NCBI GenBank assembly: GCA_964397315.1
Contig: CAYNHV010000010.1
Span: 1-41,776, forward strand
Direction: 5' to 3'
DNA from: an uncultured Methanosarcinales archaeon
GTDB taxonomy: Archaea; Nanobdellota; Nanobdellia; Woesearchaeales; UBA12501
DNA: 41,776 bases
Shown here: one piece after another, positions 37,762 through 41,776 of the stretch
Layout: the number at the start of each line of letters is the position of its first letter
Position numbering within the stretch: position 1 is the stretch's first letter
The notes under the pieces: model-generated
Seen by the model: the letters and a program-made list of their open reading frames with translations, nothing else
Databases searched by the model: none
What the model was told of the DNA's origin: nothing
Position numbers and translations under genes: made by a program

Positions 37762-38793
37762 TTATGATTTTATGTCTCTCAACCCTCCTTCTTCAATGAA
37801 GAACGCGCACTCTCCGTCTGCCAGATGAGGGCTGTCTATGAGCTTTGCCACCCGGCTCCCTTTTTTTCCCTTTCTCAGGTATATCCTGAATGTGGAAGCG
37901 TGCGCCACAATGTGGCCTCCAATAGCCTGGGTTGGATCTCCAAAGAAGACATCAGGCTTTGCCATCACCTGATTTGTGACATACACGCACACATTATGGG
38001 TGTCAGAAAGCCTCAGCAGGGTATGCATATGCTTGTTCAGCTTCTGCTGCCTCTCTGCAAGCGTGCCTCTGCCTATGAACTCTGCCCTGAAGTGCGCTGT
38101 AAGGGAGTCAACAATCAAAACCCTTATGTTCTCCTTGTTGTTCTTGATGAGCTCCTCTGCCTTGTCCGCGAGCAGCATCTGGTGGTCTGAGTTGTAGGCC
38201 TTTGCCACCTTGATGTTTGCAAGAGCTTTCATCGGATCTACCCCTGCTTTCTTGGCCAGCTGCGTTATCCTCTCCGGCCTGAAAGTGTTTTCAGTGTCAA
38301 TGTAAACTGCAACAGCTGTCGGGTCCTCCTTCTGGCAGTTGACAGCCAGTATGTGCCCCAGCTGGGTCTTTCCGGAGCCGTATTCTCCAAAGCATTCTGT
38401 TATTGATGCTGTCTCAACTCCCCCTCCTATGAGTTCGTCAAAAGCAGTGCTTCCTGTTGGTATTCTTGATACCCTTTCTCTTCTCTTCAGAAGCTCGTCT
38501 CCTGATTCAAACCCCATGTCCAGGCTGTCCCTGGCCGCGCTTATCATCTTTCTGGCTACCTGTTCTGAGATGCCTGTAACTTCCACGACCTCTCCTGGGG
38601 ATGAGACTGCTATTGCCATGAGGTCTGTGAAGCCCCCTTCTCTCAGCTTTTGTGCTGTTGCCGCGCCCACGCCAGGAAGCTCCTCTATTCCTGCTTTTTT
38701 CATGACATCCTCAGAGGCGCTTACCTCAATATCGCTCTTCTCTTCCATATTTGTCTCTTCCTCAACAATCTCTTTTTGCTTGCTATAAGCCAT
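37762..38793 (-). CDS. radA: Recombinase RadA
   Basis: HhH LPGVG, FxxG polymerisation-like GFESG, GEYGSGKTQ, DSLTAHFRAE, LAERQQ, GGHIVAHAST; start 38793 with SD AGGGTGA. Confidence 0.96.
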   Translation of the reverse strand: MAYSKQKEIVEEETNMEEKSDIEVSASEDVMKKAGIEELPGVGAATAQKLREGGFTDLMAIAVSSPGEVVEVTGISEQVARKMISAARDSLDMGFESGDELLKRRERVSRIPTGSTAFDELIGGGVETASITECFGEYGSGKTQLGHILAVNCQKEDPTAVAVYIDTENTFRPERITQLAKKAGVDPMKALANIKVAKAYNSDHQMLLADKAEELIKNNKENIRVLIVDSLTAHFRAEFIGRGTLAERQQKLNKHMHTLLRLSDTHNVCVYVTNQVMAKPDVFFGDPTQAIGGHIVAHASTFRIYLRKGKKGSRVAKLIDSPHLADGECAFFIEEGGLRDIKS

Positions 38794-38834
38794 AATTATC
38801 ACCCTTGTTTTTATTAAGTTTGTGATGGGAGGGC

Positions 38835-39119
38835 TTATACAGCCTCTCCCTCACTGCCTGGCTGCTTTAGGACGAGATGCTCGTAAGCCTTCTGCAGCAC
38901 AATCATTGCTCTTGGCAGGTCATTAAGCCTCATTGAGCTTGTGTTCTGCCACACGTCATTCCTGTCCTTGTAGCCTCTGTCCAGGGATATTGTCCTGAAC
39001 TCAACAGCCTGACCGTCCCTCACTCCTGTGTTCTTCCACACAGTAGCTGCCACAGGACCGGCCCTGAACTTCTTTTCAGGCAGGTTCTTTCCTGCCTCTG
39101 TACTTGTTTGGGTTGTCAT
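38835..39119 (-). CDS. Small PC4-like putative ssDNA-binding protein
   Basis: PEKKFRAGPVAATVWKN..FRTISLDRGYKD..W..SMRLNDLPRA: beta-rich with aromatic/basic residues then a helix; SD GGAGGTG; the PC4 fold assignment is inference. Confidence 0.65.
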   Translation of the reverse strand: MTTQTSTEAGKNLPEKKFRAGPVAATVWKNTGVRDGQAVEFRTISLDRGYKDRNDVWQNTSSMRLNDLPRAMIVLQKAYEHLVLKQPGSEGEAV

Positions 39120-39375
39120 TACAACCACCTCCTTGCTTTCGCTTTTTGTTTCAACCCTGTTTTGAGCCCTCCTTTGCAGGATGCTCCAGGGCGGAGCAAG
39201 AAGAATGTATCATGAGCCATTTAAATACCTCATTCCGCCATGTCCAGTGTCCAGTGCAGGAACAGCAGCCGGCCAGAGCCTAATAAAACCGCTCACAAGA
39301 GCTCTCGGAAGAACAACAGCTGTCCAGTGGCTTAGCCGCTTGCTTCTGCATCTTTCCTGTCTATCTTTCTTTCTA

Positions 39376-39843
39376 TTATATGCCCAGGCTTAACAGTTTC
39401 CACGCGCCTGCCAGAAGCAGGGCGGCAAAGAGAACATATTCAGCTGTCCTTCCTGTCCTTATAAACCCGTTCAGCCTGAATCTTGAGAGGGGGTGGAAGG
39501 GCATGATTCCCTCTTTTGTAAACGCATCACTTATTATGTGAATCAGATATCCTGCTGTGACAGCATAAAGGTAAACCCCCACCCCGGAGCCTGTTATGTA
39601 ATATACCAGCAGAAGGAACAGGAAGAGCGCAGCAAAAAGGCTGTGAAAGAAGCCCCTGTGCTCAAACAGCATCGCACCTATCTTGACTTTTCTTCCTATT
39701 TTGGATTCAGGATGGTCCACATCAGGAAGAGCTGAACCAAGGAGTATCAGGAGCATGAACAGGACCTGGTTTTCCGGCTTCCACGCCTGCATGAGGAACA
39801 GTCCCAGGAGGAAGCCTGCTGTGAGGTGTGTCTTGAACATCAT
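39376..39843 (-). CDS. YdjM-like membrane metal-dependent hydrolase
   Basis: TH, GSALPDVDHP, HRGFFHS, HIISDAFT..G motifs. Confidence 0.88.
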   Translation of the reverse strand: MMFKTHLTAGFLLGLFLMQAWKPENQVLFMLLILLGSALPDVDHPESKIGRKVKIGAMLFEHRGFFHSLFAALFLFLLLVYYITGSGVGVYLYAVTAGYLIHIISDAFTKEGIMPFHPLSRFRLNGFIRTGRTAEYVLFAALLLAGAWKLLSLGI

Positions 39844-39899
39844 TTTTCTGATTGAGTTAAAAAAATAACTTTAAATACTTTTCCTGCCTGCTGCAGGCT

Positions 39900-40526
39900 A
39901 TGGTTAATAAAACAGAGGCAGGCAAGGCAGAGGACAAGGCAATCAGAGCAGTGTCTCTTGCAGGTGTCGCTTTCTTTTTTGTGTGGGGCATTGTAACAAT
40001 AGCGTTAAGGGATAATGAGCTGATATTTGACAGGTTCTACTCAGCAGGCATAATGCTTGCAGCGTATCTCCTTTACAGGAGAATGCACCTCAGAATCTTC
40101 ACCCTGGTTTTCGCTCTTGCAGTGCTTTTCCTGCATCACATCAAGCTTTACGGACAGACTTACTGGGGTTTTCTGCAGTTTGACATGATAATGCATTTTG
40201 CTGCAGGCATGGCTCTTGCCCTGATATTCTATAATTATCTTTCTTATGATCATTCAAGGGCATGGTCTGCTGTTATGGCATTTCTCATTGCGGTTGGGAT
40301 AGGCTCATTGAGCGAGATAATGGAATATATCGGATATTACCTTCTTGGCCCGGGAGAGGGCCTGCTCTTTTATGGTGAGGGGGATTTTGGGGAGTATGCG
40401 GATGTGGCCTGGGACATGATATGCAACTCTATGGGGGCGTTTATCATGGCAGCAGGCCCTGCCCTTTTGTCGTGGGCCTTCTGCTTGAAGAATAAGTCGC
40501 GGCAAAAGGGGGGATTAGAAAAGTGA
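39900..40526 (+). CDS. DUF2238/VanZ-like integral membrane protein
   Basis: FDMIMHFAAG, EIMEY, DVAWDMICNSMG; several TMs. Confidence 0.7.
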   Translation: MVNKTEAGKAEDKAIRAVSLAGVAFFFVWGIVTIALRDNELIFDRFYSAGIMLAAYLLYRRMHLRIFTLVFALAVLFLHHIKLYGQTYWGFLQFDMIMHFAAGMALALIFYNYLSYDHSRAWSAVMAFLIAVGIGSLSEIMEYIGYYLLGPGEGLLFYGEGDFGEYADVAWDMICNSMGAFIMAAGPALLSWAFCLKNKSRQKGGLEK

Positions 40527-40552
40527 GGATCCTCCTGGATATAATCCTAATG

Positions 40553-41716
40553 TTATTTTATGAAGTCCACGTCGCTTGAGGACACCACAGTCTCGGTCTT
40601 ATCATGGCTGCTTGTCTCTTCCTGCTCAACAGCCCCGGTATCCTCCCCAGCAGCCTCTTCTTCACCCGCCTGCGCCCCTTTTTCTGCTGCTTCCTGTTGG
40701 GGCGCTTCTGCAGCAGTCTGCTTCTCCTGCTTCACGCTCTCAAGCCGTTTCTTCTCCTCCTCTGGATCAGGGTCAGGAAAGACGAGCTGGGCGATAAACT
40801 CTATCCTGTCAAACATGGGGTTCTTGTTCACTCTCCCAACCACTTTTATCTGCTTTCCAAGGAGATCATGCTTTACCTGCTCAAACTTTTCAGGGGATTC
40901 CCTGAACTGGACAAGCTCATTGCCCTCCATCTTGAGCAGGTTCTCAACCTGTTTCCTGAAGAATGTAGTCCTTATGTTGCCTGTGCCGTCGTCAAGTATG
41001 ACATTGAAAACATATGATGGTGCGGGCGTGACATTGCCGTGCTGGGAGCATACTGTAGAGCCATCTTTTGGCATGGCTTTCTTGCCGCACTCAGGGCAGG
41101 TCTCAAAGAATTTGATATCATAAGCCTGGACTATTGTGCCGAGAAGCTCTACATCCTGCATGTTTTCATCAAGCTCCTTCACGCTCTTTCTTGTTGAGGT
41201 TGTCCTTTTTACCTCTCCTACCTCCTCTCCCTCTGGCTGCAGCTCAAGTTGGCCATGGTCTCCGAGGTGAACCTCCTTTCTTCCCCTGTTCTCCTTGACA
41301 TAAGCAGACTCTATCTTTATGGTTATGTCCTTGCTCAGCTCATTAAGCCTGTCAGCCTGCGAGCCCCACATCACAACCCTTATCGTGCCTGTTTCATCAC
41401 CCACTATGAAAGAGCCCACTTTTCCTGACCTTGTCTCTGTCTGAAACTCCCTGACCTCAAAGACCTGCTGGACCTTGCCCACCAGCTCCACGTTTCTCAT
41501 GCCTGCAAGAATGTTCTTTATCTTAAGCCTTCCTGATGACTTGTCAAAGAGCTTGACACCCATCTCGTTCGCTATTATGTGGGCTGCCCCCTCCTTTGAT
41601 ATGAGTCCTGAAAGCTTGTCTATCTTGGCCCTTATGCGCTCGTCAAGCTGCTCATCTGTGATGCCTGCACTGTCCTTCAGCTTCTGCCTGACCTCCTCAT
41701 AAGGAACCTTAATCAT
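40553..41716 (-). CDS. rpa: Replication protein A large subunit (RPA1/RPA41-like: N-terminal helical domain, OB folds, Zn finger, acidic tail)
   Basis: GLISKEGAAHIIANEMGV, GDETGTIRVVMWG, CPEC..CSQH, LDDGTGNIR. Confidence 0.88.
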   Translation of the reverse strand: MIKVPYEEVRQKLKDSAGITDEQLDERIRAKIDKLSGLISKEGAAHIIANEMGVKLFDKSSGRLKIKNILAGMRNVELVGKVQQVFEVREFQTETRSGKVGSFIVGDETGTIRVVMWGSQADRLNELSKDITIKIESAYVKENRGRKEVHLGDHGQLELQPEGEEVGEVKRTTSTRKSVKELDENMQDVELLGTIVQAYDIKFFETCPECGKKAMPKDGSTVCSQHGNVTPAPSYVFNVILDDGTGNIRTTFFRKQVENLLKMEGNELVQFRESPEKFEQVKHDLLGKQIKVVGRVNKNPMFDRIEFIAQLVFPDPDPEEEKKRLESVKQEKQTAAEAPQQEAAEKGAQAGEEEAAGEDTGAVEQEETSSHDKTETVVSSSDVDFIK

Positions 41717-41776
41717 GTTTTATCAACACCCTGAAGAGCAGGTTATGCCTTTATTTATATAGTTTTTTGTTGTTTA

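Noticed and set aside
1..41776. CRISPR array, transposase, integrase, reverse transcriptase, rRNA, SRP or RNase P RNA
   Set aside because: No regularly spaced repeats or diagnostic motifs recognised by eye; a divergent ncRNA cannot be excluded without cmscan

Overview
Core chromosomal region of a small-genome archaeon, most likely DPANN (Woesearchaeota-like). The taxonomy is inferred from gene content and protein style, not from a search. The window contains the probable replication origin (inverted ORB-type boxes around an AT-rich tract) next to cdc6/orc1, followed by PolD DP1, an inserted HD hydrolase and PolD DP2. It also carries a tbp-mcm-RPA2 unit, aIF2-beta, topoisomerase VI A/B, RadA, RadB, RPA1, uS2 and three intron-containing tRNAs (Trp, Arg, Cys). 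Accessory-looking parts are an HTH-iscS-iscU-thiI*-ttuA sulfur-relay operon, a four-gene GT-C/GT-C/GT2/thioredoxin surface-glycan operon and a 1.1k-aa multi-pass Ig-repeat surface protein. No transposase, integrase, CRISPR array, intein or rRNA was recognised. The best leads are: a ThiI lacking its catalytic motifs paired with a TtuA lacking its N-terminal Zn finger; a textbook ORB box 12.8 kb from oriC, upstream of tbp-mcm; a SAMHD1-like HD gene inside the PolD operon; a structured rps2 leader; an orphan promoter-hairpin-terminator sRNA candidate; a probable C/D guide in the tRNA-Trp intron; and a PC4-like gene with a structured leader ahead of radA.
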